The notes beneath the pieces are model-generated. The model searched no databases. It saw only the letters and a list, made by a program, of their open reading frames with translations, and was not told the DNA's origin. 64,000 nucleotides of DNA from the human T2T-CHM13v2.0 reference genome, Homo sapiens, in NCBI RefSeq assembly GCF_009914755.1, contig NC_060925.1, one strand, 5' to 3'. The position numbers were made by a program, and so were the translations under genes. Within the stretch, counting starts at the first letter, position 1, and each line of letters begins with the position of its first letter. Positions 1-19,246 of this stretch are shown in pieces.

Positions 1-108
1 CTTCCCCACTGTCTATCTCCAGAACTTTTTCATCACCTTAGACTTGAATCCCCATCCTTTTAAAAATAACAGCTTTATTGTGATATAATTCACATATCAT
101 ACAACTCA

Positions 109-1075
<967 letters not shown>

Positions 1076-1079
1076 CCAT

Positions 1080-1305
1080 CCCTATCCATTAGAAACCCCT
1101 ATGCCATCCTCCACCATGTCTCTGCACTCCCAACCCCCGAGCCTTAGGCAACCACTAATCTGCTTTCTGTCTCTGTGAATTTGCCTGTTCTGGACATTTC
1201 ATATAAATGGATTCCTATGACATGTGTGGTCTTTTGTCTGGCTTCTCTCGCTCTGTGGGATGTTTTCAAGTTTCGTCACGTTGTAGCACATGCCAGTGCT
1301 TCGTG
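1080..1305 (-). mobile_element. L1M 3' end fragment
   Basis: ggcaaccactaatctgctttctgtctct..ttgcctgttctggacatttcatataaatgga, typical of antisense L1MB/MC 3' UTR. Confidence 0.75.
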
Positions 1306-2600
1306 TCTCCCTCTCTATTTTTAACATCTGGCTTCTCCAGCACAGGGGCTGAGAGAACAGGGGCTTGACGGGCAATTTCTCCTTCTTCATCCACCCAGAC
1401 CGTGCTCCTGTCTGTGGGTTGAGCCTGTCAGCTGCCAAGGTCCTCCGCGTGGCAGGTGTCTGAACGCTGGCTCTGTGGGAACATGTGTGTGCTCTTTGGA
1501 GGTCCCGTGGGGGCCTCAGCCTCCACAGTCACCTGATGTGGTTATCTGGCTCCTAGATAACCTCTTCCAATGCCCCCCAACCCCCTGCGCTTGCCTGCAG
1601 CAGTCCGCCCCATGGTTCCTGTTGCTGGGGCCCCTTGTGTGGTGGGTGTCTTCTTGGTTGGGTCCCAAAAGATGGTACAAGTTCAGTTTTTTTTTTCTGT
1701 GTTCTCTGCTGGCCTCAGCAAATGGCAGGCATGTGGACTGCTTTATTGCCAGCACCTTCCACCCTGCCATTTCTCTCCACTACTCTCTTCCCCTGCTCAG
1801 ACAGGCCCAGGGACAGAGCAAGTTGGCCACACCAGCAGAGGTCCCCAGGAGGGAGATGCCAGTCTTGCCTCTCAGCAGGGACCTTCCTACCTCCATAATA
1901 ACATGTGATTTTCTTGGTGCCTCTCCCACTGGGCTTGGTTGAGAGGGGTCTTGGGTGGTGGGGAAGAGGAGAGAAAATCCACAGCTTCCATATGAAGCTG
2001 AAGCTTCATATCCCTGAAGAATCCCTTCCCCCACGTAAATCTAGAAGTAGAGGGATGGGAGGGCCAGTCTTGCCTTCTCGGCAAGCCCTAGAGGGAGCAT
2101 CTGGCCCTATGTGTTGGGGCCTGTCTTCAGGATTTGGGGTGTTCTGCAATTCTTTACCCTGGCTCTGAACCCCAGCTGTCAATTCTGGGGCAAATGGAAA
2201 AGTTCCTGCTGCTATCCTGTTCCACCTATAACCCCAGCCTCATGTTACAGTCCTGGCAAGTGCTACAAAGGGCAGGGCAGAGAATGTTCTGATCTCATCT
2301 GGGGGTGCTCTGAGGAAGTGACTTTTGTAGGTCAGACCAGGTCAAAAGAATGGCATGTCCCAAGGTCCCAAAGCAAGAAGCAGTGTGGCACATGGGGAGA
2401 TGGGAAGACCGGTGGGTGTGGGGTGTTGAGACTGAGGGCAGAGCGGTAAGAGTTGAGGCTGGCGGTGGCGACAGTGGCAACAGCAACATTTATAGATCAT
2501 TTCTGTTTATGCATTTCTTATTTAATAATCGCAAAAGAGGAAGTAGCTCTGATTATCTCTCTTTTGTAGATGGAGGTTCACATCTTGCTCAGAGAGGTGA

Positions 2601-2955
<355 letters not shown>

Positions 2956-3811
2956 TACGGAAGCTGGGGTTTTAACCTGGGTCCAGAGTTGGAACTGGCC
3001 TCTGGGCCTATTTGACTCTCCTGTGCTCCGACATCCCAGCAGACCCAAGGAAGGGGCAGTCTGTCCTGCCCCTACCCACCCCTTCTCCCTTTCTACTGCC
3101 TACTCCTGGGAGCCTGTATGAGGGGCTGAGGTGGGCATGAACAGGTCAGCCTCTGAGACAAAGGAGGCCTGATTGGCAAGAGAAGTAAGGCCTTTGCTGT
3201 CAGCAGGCCTGGGTTTTAGTCCCCACACTGCCCCTCACTGGGCTGTGTGACTCTCGGTCAGATTCTTCCTTTTTCTCTGATTGTCAGTTTCTTCATTTGT
3301 CAAATAACCCACCCTCCTTGAGAGTGTCGTTTTATTCCCATTTTACAGATGGCCCAGAGAAGGGAAGCAAGACAGTGGCACCCAGGAGCCCAGCACCAAG
3401 CCCAGGGCTGTTTCCCCTACACCTGGCCATCATCTTTCCAGGGGTCTGGGCAGTGCCAGTCCAAGGGGACTAATTGTAGGCAATGTGGATGGTTTTTGTA
3501 GAGGCCCAGACTTCTAAAGACAGGCGGTCCAGGGGCTCTCATGATAGGAGAATGGGAATGGCCAATCCAAAGAAGAGAAAGCGCGACCAAGAACTGGTAT
3601 TCAGATTGGGTGGCCCAGGGGCTCTCATGATAGGCTGGCTGGAGAGAGTTGCAGACTGAGCCCCTCCCTGTCCCTGCACTCATCTCTGGGCCTGCCTGAG
3701 AGCTGATTGTGCTGCGGCCGCATCTGATCTGGGCAGACTGGTCCCTGCAGACACCAGCGTCCATCAGGGCCACAGCATTTCCCAGGGCCACATACCTAGA
3801 TCTCTGCTTCC

Positions 3812-3940
3812 CACGTGCGTGTGCGTGTGTGTGTGTGCATGCACATGTGTGTGTGCCTACATGTGTGTGCGTATGTGTGCATGTGTGTGTGTGTACGTGC
3901 GTGTGTGTGCGTGTGCGCGCGTGTGTGTGTGTGTATGTGT
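3812..3940. repeat. (TG)n/(CG)/(CA) alternating purine-pyrimidine microsatellite
   Basis: Directly visible. Confidence 0.95.
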
Positions 3941-4474
3941 TTTGGGTCAGGGAGGGGGCTGAGTTAGGAAGTCTGGAGCACAGCACTGCAGCAGGGGTGG
4001 GGGCTCTGTTGAGGTGTGTCTTTGCCCTCACTGGGCTTCTCCTGCCTCACTCCCACTCTGGGCACAGCTCACACTCCAGGCCTGAGCAGATGGGGGCCCT
4101 GACCAGGGATGCCTGAGCCCTGATGGTCCTCAATCCACTCTCAGATGCAGATTCACATCTCTGAGCCCCAGCCTGAGCTGAACCCTGACTCTAGTTCTAA
4201 GCTGAGACCCAAAGCTGACCCTAGAGTGAGCATGACCCCAGCTCCATGCTTAGCCATGATCATAGTCCCAGACTGAGCCCTAATCCTGGTTCCAGGATGG
4301 ATCCTCAATCTGGTTCCAGGCTGAGCCCTGAACTTGCTCTAAAACTGAGCCCTCGTCTTTTAGACAATTCTTTGAACCCTGTTCCAGGCTGGGCCCTTAC
4401 TATACTCTAAACTCTAATCCTGGCCCCTAACTAAACCTTGACTCCGATCAGAAATTCTGTCATGATTCACTTCT

Positions 4475-4789
<315 letters not shown>

Positions 4790-5184
4790 ATGACTCACTT
4801 TTAATTTCAGTCCTGACCTCCGTCCTTAGCTGATCTGTGCCTGTGACCACAGTCTAACCCCTAATTTCCGAACAACAAACCAACCGTTAACCTCAAACCT
4901 AGCCCAAATGGGAGCGCAAGATCCCTTCCAATGGCAGGACTTGTGCTGGAACCAGAAGGAAAGTTAGTGTTTCACCGAGCGGAGCTGTGGAAACTGTGCA
5001 CATAGGCGTGGAGTGGGAATGTGGAGAATGGAAATGGCCAACCCGAGAAGAGAAAGAGTTACTGAGAACTGCTATCCACGGTGGGAGTGGGCGTGGCGGG
5101 AGGACTCTGGGTGCAGTCACAGCTGGGGTTCAAATCTAGGGTCCACCGCATATCAGTAACCTTATTTTGGATGGGTCAGGTGTG

Positions 5185-6152
5185 TGTGGGGAAAAGAAAG
5201 AGAGATCAGATTGTTACTGTGTCTATGTAGAAAGAAGTAGACATAAGAGACTCCATTTTGTTCTGTACTAAGAAAAATTCTTCTGCCTTGAGATGCTGTT
5301 AATCTGTAACCCTACCCCCAACCCTGTGCTCCCTGAAACAAGTGCTGTGTCAACTCAGGGTTAAATGGATTAAGGGCTGTGCAGGATGTACTTTGTTAAA
5401 CAAATGCTTGAAGACAGCATGCTCCTTAAGAGTCATCACCACTCCCTAATCTCAAGTACCCAGGGACACAAACACTGCGGAAGGCCGCAGGGACCTCTGC
5501 CTAGGAAAGCCAGGTATTGTCCAAGGTTTCTCCCCATGTGATAGTCTGAAATATGGCCTCGTGGGAAGGGAAAGACCTGACCGTCCCCCGGCCCGACACC
5601 TGTAAAGGGTCTGTGCTGAGGAGGATTAGTAAAAGAGGAAGGAATGCCTCTTTGCAGTTGAGACAAGAGGAAGGCATCTGTCTCCTGCTCGTCCCTGGGC
5701 AATGGAATGTCTCATGTAAAACCTGATTGTATATTCCATCTCCTGAGATAAGGGAAAACTGCCTTAGGGCTGGAGTTGGGACATGCGGGCGGCAATACTG
5801 CTCTTGAAGGCATTGAGATGTTTATGTGTATGCATATCTAAAGCACAGCACTTAATTCTTAACCTTGTTTATGATGCAGAGACCTTTGTTCACCTGTTTA
5901 CCTGCTGACCCTCTCTCCACTATTATCCTATGATCCTGCCACATCCCCTTCTCTGAGAAACACCCAATAATGATCAGTAAATACTAAGGGAACCCAGAGG
6001 CCGGCGTGGATCCTCCATATGCTGAACGCCGGTCCCCTGGGCCCCCTTTTTTCTTTCTCTATACTTTGTCTCTGTGTCTCTTTCTTTTCCAAGTCTCTCG
6101 TTCCACCTAACAAGAAACACCCACAGGTGTGGAGGGGCAACCCACCCCTTCA
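5185..6152 (+). mobile_element. HERV-K(HML-2) solo LTR (LTR5, older LTR5B-like)
   Basis: Starts TGTGGGGAAAAGAAAGAGAGATCAGATTGTTACTG, ends GGGGCAACCCACCCCTTCA; 968 bp; no internal proviral sequence adjacent. Confidence 0.95.
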
Positions 6153-6356
6153 AAGTGGCCTCACAGAGGTTCTGTTTTTCCGTCTTAAAGTGGGTCCGCC
6201 CTGCTTTTCTCTTGGGTCATGGAGCGCCTTGAGAGTGCCATTTCCATCTTGTCTTTAGGTCCTATGTGCTCTCCCCGCTGCCTGGACCACTCCTCTTTCC
6301 ATGTCCACTTCTGCATCTGCAAGATGTAGTGTTCCTTCCTCTAAGAAGTCTTCCTG

Positions 6357-6670
<314 letters not shown>

Positions 6671-6714
6671 TCAAGGGCTGGGGGTGAGCAACACTAAGGA
6701 GTATGCTTGTTGAG

Positions 6715-7613
<899 letters not shown>

Positions 7614-8167
7614 CTATTCCCTGCAGACTGGCCTGGTCCAGCAGAGCCAGCTCTGCTAAACTACCACAGGCAGGAAGAAAATGAGCCACCAGGGGCCTCC
7701 ACACTTGTCTCTCATAAAAGATATATGCTCCACAAGGACAGGGGTTGAGTCTGTCTTGTTCCCTGCTCAATAATTGTGTGCTATGGATAAGTAAATGAAT
7801 GGATCAAGAGATAAGGATGGAAGAGCAATTTACAAACCCAAAGCATTGTGCAAGGCAGGGCATAATTGGGTAGGAATGCTTCTTCTAGAAGTTATTCCTT
7901 AGGAAAGGCCAAACAAAAAGTCTATTAATAGACCCGATTAATAAACATCAGCCAAGGTAAATGTTAACAGGAAGTATTTCTGCAAATGTTGGCGGTCTCT
8001 CAGGCTGGGCTCAGAGTAGGCTGGCATGCTGGTGAAGAAGACTTCCTGCCTCCTGTTTGCTCAGAACATGTTCTCAGGCCTAGGGGAGCCTCCTTCTTGA
8101 ACCCCAGAATGGGTGCCACAGTCCCAGGCTTGCCGCATCCTGGAAGTTCACCCTACTTCAGTATGCA

Positions 8168-8379
8168 GTCAGATCCAGGTACGCAGGGACGCAGTGTGCG
8201 GTCAGACCCAGTTATGCAGGGATGCAGTGTGCGGTCAGACCCAGTTATGCAGGGATGCGGTGTGCGGTCAGACCCAGTTATGCAGGGATGCGGTGTGCGG
8301 TCAGACCCAGTTATGCAGGGATGCGGTGTGCGGTCAGACCCAGGTATGCAGGGATGCGGTGTGCGGTCAGACCCAGTTA
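8168..8379. repeat. 33-bp minisatellite, ~6.4 copies
   Basis: Unit GTCAGACCCAGTTATGCAGGGATGCGGTGTGCG. Confidence 0.97.
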
Positions 8380-8637
8380 GATGGTCCTTAAACATGCCAT
8401 GCTGATTTGCCCCTGGGGGCTTCACTTGTGTTCTTCCATTGTTCCTCTTTTCCTCACTTCCTTCAGGTTTCTGTACAAATGTCGCCTCCTCAGAGAGGCC
8501 TCATCTGACCCCATTCAAAATTAGCAGCCACACAGAGGTATAATATGCTGAGAAAAATTTAAAAATAAAAATAAAATAAAACAGCAGCTGCTGTTGCCAT
8601 AATTATCCATTAAAAATATCCCCTAACCCTGTTTTAA

Positions 8638-8939
<302 letters not shown>

Positions 8940-9012
8940 TAATTTCTTGAAAGGACTTATTGCAAGTTGAAATTGTATATAAGATACATTTGTTTTTATT
9001 AATTTTATCTGA

Positions 9013-10003
<991 letters not shown>

Positions 10004-10361
10004 CATTTTTCGTTTTTTAAAAATAAATAAATAAGTTTGTCCTGTTTACCGCTCTATATCCAGCACCTAGAACAGCGCCTGGCACCTAAGCAGGCATTTG
10101 GTAAAACTGTGCCAAATGAGTGAGTGCGGACAGCGTCCTAGTCCTTCACCAGCCCCCTCTCAGCAGCGCAGGCAACTGGCCCAGCTGTGTCTCCCGCACG
10201 GGCCGGCGGGCGCTGTGATGGAGGCAGTGCAGGATGCCGTGTGAGCCCGAGGAAGGACTTGCAGCCCTGCTGAGGGGACGAGGCGAGGCTTCTTGGATGA
10301 CGCCACATCTAAACTGAGATCCGAGGGCTGAGTAGGAATTCTCTTAAAGAGGAGGAGAGAG

Positions 10362-10650
10362 GGCCGGGTGCGGTGGCTCACGCCTGTAATCCCAGCACTT
10401 TGGGAGGCCGAGGGGGGTGGATCACCTGAGGTCAGGAGTTCCAGACCAGCCTGGCCAACATGGCGAAATCCTGTCTCTACTAAAAATACAAAAATTAGCC
10501 AGGCATGATGGTGGGTGCCGTCATGCTACTTGGGAGGCTGAGGCAGGAGAATTGCTTGAACCCAGGGTGGAGGTTGCAGTGAGCCGAGATCGCACCATTG
10601 CAGGCCAGGCTGGGTGACAGAGCGAGACTCTGTCTCAAAGAAAAAAAAAA
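10362..10650 (+). mobile_element. Alu
   Basis: Alu body with A tail. Confidence 0.93.
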
Positions 10651-11038
10651 GAGAGAAGTAGAGAGTTCAGGATAGAGGGACATACAGGTGCAAAGTTCTG
10701 AAGGCAAGAGAGAGTCTGGCAAGTGGGTAGAAAATAAAGGAGATTCATGGGTGTGTATGAGAATGGGGAGAACAGGGTGGGCTCATGAAGGATCTGGAGT
10801 GGCTCTTAAGTCTGGACATGACATGCCCAGAACAAATATCTGCAAATAGCTCCAGGAACTTTGCCATATCCAGCATCTCTTGTCCTGGTAATAAATACTA
10901 TTTGCTTAATATTTTACTTATAGCTGAATCAGTTTACTTAAATACATTCATATAAAAAGGAAACCCTCTGTAACACTATCCTAATTTGTATGATATACAC
11001 AAAGTAACAGTAAAACTAAACCAAATGAAAACAAAATT

Positions 11039-11433
11039 CAGATGCTCCTTGACTTAACATGAGGTTACATTCTGATAAACCCATCGTAAATTGAAAATAT
11101 CCTATGTCAAAAATGCATTTAATATTCCTAACCTACTGAACATCATAGCTTAGCTTCACCTCCCTTAAATGTGCTCAGAACACTTAAAATAGTCTACAGC
11201 TGGGCAAAGTCATCTGGCAACCCAGTCCATGGTGGAGTATCTGCTGTCTACCCTCATAGTCCTGTGGCTGACTGTGAGTTGCAGCTCCAAGTCAAAGCAC
11301 ATATTGCCAGCCCAGAAAAAGATCGAAAATCAAAATTCCAAGTACAGTTTCTACTCAATGCTCATTGCTTTTGCATCATCATAAAGTCAAAAAAATTGTA
11401 AGTTGAACCATCATTTAAGTCAGGGACTGTTTG
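11039..11433 (+). mobile_element. MER47 (Tigger5-family non-autonomous DNA transposon)
   Basis: CAGATGCTCCTTGACTTA..GATAAACCCATCGTAAA start; TAAGTCAGGGACTGTTTG degenerate TIR at the end. Confidence 0.85.
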
Positions 11434-11601
11434 CAGTGTTATATTTCATTGCCTAAGACTCTGATTTTACAGTCTACTTTCTCTTTTTAAAAAGGGAGAA
11501 TCACAAGTGTCAACAAAGTGTTAAAGACATGGTAGCACCAGATGGAACTTTCTGTCTCGGTTCTTTCTAAGATTACTGTATTTCAGTAATTACATAAAAT
11601 A

Positions 11602-12002
<401 letters not shown>

Positions 12003-12069
12003 CTAAGAAAACGAACAAGCCAATCAATCAATCAGTCAAGTTTTGTCCTCTCACTCCCTTACATTGTAA

Positions 12070-12662
12070 AACCTACTCATCCACTCATCCACCCATCCAA
12101 TCACCTGGGCATACACCTGCCTGCCCATACACCCACTGACCTTTCTGTTTATCTGCCTGCCCATTCACAAACCCATCTACTTACCCACTTGTATCTGCCT
12201 GCCCCTCTATCTGAGCATCTTCCCACCTGCCAAATATATGTACCCACTCTCTCCACCAAACCACTTTCCTAAACATTCCCCATCCTTTCCTCCATCTACC
12301 TGCCTGTCCATCCATTCATTGTCCATTTATCTATCCATCCACCCATTCATTCAGCCATCTGTCCACCCAACCTTCCATTCACCTGTCCATTCATCTACTT
12401 ATCCACCCAACCTTCCATTCATCTGTCTATCCATTCTTCTACCCAAACTTTCATTCAGCTGTCTATCCATCTATTCATCCACCCAAGCTTTCATCCATCT
12501 GTCCATCCATCCATCCATCCATCCATCCATCCATCCAATTCATCCATATGTCCACCCAAGCTTCTATCCACTTATCCATCTATCCATCTGTTCATCTGTT
12601 AATCCATTCATCTATCCATCTACCCATCTGTCCACCCGTCTGTCTATCTATCCATCTATCCC
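12070..12662. repeat. Degenerate (CCAT)n/(CTAT)n low-complexity tract
   Basis: Pure (CCAT)n core near 12503-12536 within ~600 bp of variants. Confidence 0.9.
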
Positions 12663-13234
12663 ACGAAATACAGTCCCACATAATACAATTCCCTAGTTCT
12701 CCTCCTATTCTTTCTAACACAGAAACTGTGGCCATGACCTCTTTAATTGATTTGAATGTGGAGTCTTATTGCTTCATACAACCCTCAGTCCTACCTGAGT
12801 TGCTTCTTGGATTGTTCCTGGATAGAATCTCTGAAAATCACCTTATTCTTGCTGTCCCTGACCCCTTGCCCCCATATACGCCTCCCTGGGTCTTCTTTTC
12901 CCACAACCTTACCAGGGCAGAGGCCTAGAGTTTCAAAGCTAGAAGGACTTGGACAACCAAGTCCAGTGCTTCCAGTTTCTAGATGGGAAAACTGAGGTCT
13001 AGAGTGGGCAAGGTGCTTAAGCAAGGTGACAGGGTGAGCTAGTCACAGTGCAAGGAACCTTTACTTTCCCAAACTAAATCCTCCAGTTCCCGGAAGTATG
13101 TATTGATTTCTAAAATGACAGGGCTCAAAGCATCCTTAGACATCAGCTCATTCAGTGTTTTCTCACTCAAGGAGAAGGGCCTCACAGAGAAGGAGGTTGG
13201 GAATGGTCTAGTTGCTGAGTCCTACATTCCTATT

Positions 13235-13540
13235 CTTTTCTTTTTCTCTCTCTCTTTTGAGACAGAGTCTCACCGTGTCACCCAGGCTAGAGCGTAGTGA
13301 TGCAATCTTGGCTCACTGCAGCCTCTGCTTCCCAGGTTCAAGTCATTCTTCTACCTCAGCCTCCATAATAGCTGGGGTTACAGGCATGCACCACCACTAC
13401 TGGCTAATTTTTGTATTTTTAGTAGAGACGGGGTTTCACCATGTTGGCCAGGCTGGTCTCGAACTTCTGACCGCAAGTGATCCATTGGCCTCAGCCTCCC
13501 AAAGTGGTAGGATTATAAGCGTGAGCCACCTCTCCTGGCT
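13235..13540 (-). mobile_element. Alu
   Basis: Antisense Alu, TSD cctacat.cctattc. Confidence 0.93.
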
Positions 13541-13935
13541 CCTACATCCCTATTCAACCACAGGATAGGAGTATGTAAGATTTTTTTGAACAAGAGATTT
13601 TGCTGCTAAGAAAAAGATTTAAAATCTTTGTTCTTATCCAATGCCCTCACTTTATGAACAAGGCAGCAGGCTCAGGGAGGAAGAGGTTCTTACTTAAGAT
13701 CTCATAGTAGGTAAGTGGAAGAGCTGGGTCACTAAATCAGGTCTCCTGGCCCTGTCATTTTTATTTGCTAAGCATCTGCTGGCTTTAGAGGGACCTGAAT
13801 TGTGGTGGCCAGGGAAGAGGGAATGCTACTCTTCTATTTCAGGAATTCCCAGATCTGGCTTAGGGAAGGCAAATGCTGCAATTTTGCTGTTCATAAACTG
13901 ATGAGATACTACACTTTAAGAAAAAATCAAATGTG

Positions 13936-14212
13936 GGCCGGTCATGGTGGCTCATGCCTGTAATCCTAGCATCTTGGGAGGCCGAGACGGGTGGATCACC
14001 TGAGGTCAGGGGTTCAAGACCATCCTGGCCAACATGGTGAAGCCCTATCTCTACTAAAAACACAAAAATTAGCTGAGCGTGGTGGCACACACCTGTAAAC
14101 CCAGCTACTCAGGAGGCTGAGGCAGGAGAATTGCTGGAACCCGGGAGGCAGAGGTTGCAGTGAGCCAAGATTGCGCAACTGCACTCCAGCCTGGGTGACA
14201 GAGGGAGACTCT
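13936..14212 (+). mobile_element. Alu lacking poly-A tail
   Basis: Body ends gagactctg and runs into unrelated sequence. Confidence 0.9.
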
Positions 14213-14318
14213 GGCTGCTGAGGGAAGGCAGGCAGGGTGAAAATTGTACCCTAAGTCCCTCCTGTATGATGGCTTCTTCCCTTCTCCTTTTTTCCTCTTT
14301 TTAAAAATATATATTTTA

Positions 14319-14810
<492 letters not shown>

Positions 14811-15534
14811 CTCCCCTTCATAGCTGTCTCTTTGCCTTACAAATTCTGTTAAAGTTGTGAGAGCTGAGCACACTTTGCTCACTGTGATTGTGGGTTTTGC
14901 CACTGAAAATGGCAGTCCCACGCAGGAGAGACACAGGATGCTTTCCTCCCCCGATACATGGGGCAAATGGCTCTCTGCTCCCTGAGTGGAGGGCAGCAGT
15001 TTTGGGGATTTTTGTACTCCTCTAGCTCAGCTCCATTTGAAACTCAGCCTGTTGATGTTCTCTGGGATCTAGGGCCAAGCTCTCTAGCATCTGACCTTGT
15101 CCTGCGACCTTCCACCTGCACTTGCTGTCACTCTGAGTTTTTTGTTCTCACCAGCATTTGCTGAAGCATCATCCTTGTTTATCTGCCCTGCCTGGGCCTT
15201 TTAACACAGGTGAACTCACCTTTGTATAACATGCGATGGTTAAGAGCAGGCTCTGGAGTCAGGCTGTGTGGGTTCAAATCTCAGCTACACTGTTTACTGG
15301 TGTGCTCTTGGGCAAATTACTTAACCAGTTTTGGCCTGTTTCCTCGTCTGTAGAATGGATATATAAAATGATAGGAAGATCAGAGAAAATACTTGTGCTG
15401 GGATCCGAAGGAAGAGGGGAAGAAGAGAGAAGGAAGGGAATCACAGACAGAAGCAAATAGCGTGTGCAAAGCCCTGTAGCAGCAAGAAGAGGCAGGGAGA
15501 CTTGAGAGAAGGCCCAGGACTGCAAAGAGGCGAC

Positions 15535-16090
15535 AGCTTGGCTCGCTCAGCCTCTTTTGTTGTGTGTCTTCCTGTACTAGAGAGACTCAGAAGCTAGATG
15601 TCTCTGAAGCCAAGGGTGCAGGTCAGATGCGACTTAGGCTCTACCAATCAGATGTACCATGGATGTTAATGTTCTAAGTCAGGGGCCATGTTTCTCTGGT
15701 CTTTGGACAAGCAGAGTCAAGGAGGTATTTGTTTTTCCACAGCAGCTGTTGCAGAGGGCTCAGCGTCTAGATCCATGTGTTGTGATTGTAGGGGAAGAGC
15801 TTGGGTCACCCATTCTGCGGCATGGGTCAGGGTAGAGTACTGTCCTTCCTGGAGCCGGCAGGGGTGGTGGCCACCTGATTTCCCAGCTTCTTGATTATGG
15901 TGGTGGCTGCAGCTCCCCTGGCAGGCCAGTTCTGCAGTGTTCTTCTGGGGATCATTTCTGGAAGCTCAGCCTAGAGTCAGCCTCTCCAACCCTCCCAACA
16001 CTGGTGTAAGTACCTTTCCCTTGTATTAAATTCCTTTCTTCCTAAACAAGCTGCTGCAGTTCCTGTGATCTGAAACGGAGACTGACTGTG
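15535..16090 (+). mobile_element. LTR33-like ERVL LTR
   Basis: cctgtactagagagactcagaagcta..ttaggctctaccaatcagatg motifs; attaaattcctttct near the 3' end. Confidence 0.55.
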
Positions 16091-16149
16091 GTGTATTAAA
16101 GCGAAACATAAAGTTTTCCCATTGAGAAATGAAGCTTATTTTGCCTCCC

Positions 16150-16560
16150 TTCAATTGGCACCAGCCCTGTGACTGCTTAACCAAAAAGAAAGTGGTGGAA
16201 CTGATGCTCGTCAATTCTAGGCCTAGCCTGGAAATTAAGAGCTACTGGAATGCTCACTCTTGAGACACTCTGTCTCAGAACCCAGCTGGCATGCTGTGAG
16301 AAGCCCCAGCCACATGGAGGGCTGCATGTTGGCACTCCAGGCAACAGCCCCAGTTGAACTCCCAGGCAACAGCCATCATCAACCATCAGACATGTGAGTA
16401 AGCCACTTTGGAAAGCCAGCCGAGTCAAGCCTCCAGATGACTACAGCCCCAGAAGAACCATACAGCTGAGCCCAGTCAACCCAGAGAATCACAAGAGATA
16501 TAAACAGTTGTTTTAGGGCACTAAATGTTGGGATGATATGCAGTAAAAGATAACAAAACA
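16150..16560 (+). mobile_element. MLT1 (MaLR) LTR
   Basis: catgctgtgagaagccccagccacatggag..gttttag..ctaaatgttggg..agataacaaaaca. Confidence 0.75.
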
Positions 16561-16605
16561 CTGACTGCTACAGGCCAGGGAAGCAAGAGGCAGCTGGAGG
16601 AGTCA

Positions 16606-17346
<741 letters not shown>

Positions 17347-17949
17347 CTACCTGCCTAGTTCCTTCTAAGGGCCTCGTACCTCTACAGAGTCACACAATGG
17401 AAAGAGCAAGGGCTCAGGTATCGGATATATTGGGTGTTAATCTTATATCCAACACCCACCTGCTGTGTTACCTCGGGCAAGTCACCTAACTTCTCTGGAC
17501 TTCAGTTTTCCTCTTCAATCAAATGGGACCATAAGAAGGATGATAATAATAATTTCATTGATTTGTTGAGCAGTGCCTGGCACACGGTAGGCACTCAATA
17601 AATATTTGTTGAATAAATGAATTGAATAGGCTGGAATTGAGGGGGGACAAGGAGGAAATGGTCTCCTTTACCTGCAAACTTGCTCTATAAAGAACCGATT
17701 TCCCTTCTTGACTCCTGCTGATAATTCAGGCAGTTCTATGGCTTTCTGTTCCCTTTTGGTCAAAGTAAACAGTTTCATTTTGATAATTAAAACTCACGGC
17801 AGTAACTAGAAAGTCCACTCTGACCCAGTGAAATGTAAAATTTTGATTTCGCCTCCAGTTAGAAGGTGAAACAAATCCCTCCTTCAATCAGTACCTACTG
17901 TGTGCCAGCCCCTGTGTGTGGTATAGTCAGCTAAGGGCTTGAATCATCA

Positions 17950-18468
<519 letters not shown>

Positions 18469-18705
18469 GGGGCAGAGGACATGGCCCTGAAATGACTTGG
18501 CCCTTGTCCTGTGGGAGTGTTTGCCTTGGCTAAAGGCGCTTGACTCCATGTGGGTAAACAGGAGCTGGAATACCTTCCCCCTACTTTCCCTTAGTATAGT
18601 GGGCATTACCTCCATGGGAGAAGGCTGGCTGCCTGCCAGTGAGATTGGAGCAGCACTCCTTTGTCTAAATGACTGGTCCCATTGCCTAGGTATCCACCAT
18701 TATAA

Positions 18706-19246
<541 letters not shown>

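Noticed and set aside
3417-4116. 204-aa His/Thr-rich and 135-aa Cys/Val-rich ORFs
   Set aside because: Products of the (TG)n microsatellite
7986-8425. Repetitive 11-aa-unit ORFs; superficial CRISPR-like periodicity
   Set aside because: Tandem 33-bp VNTR with no unique spacers, in eukaryotic DNA with no cas genes
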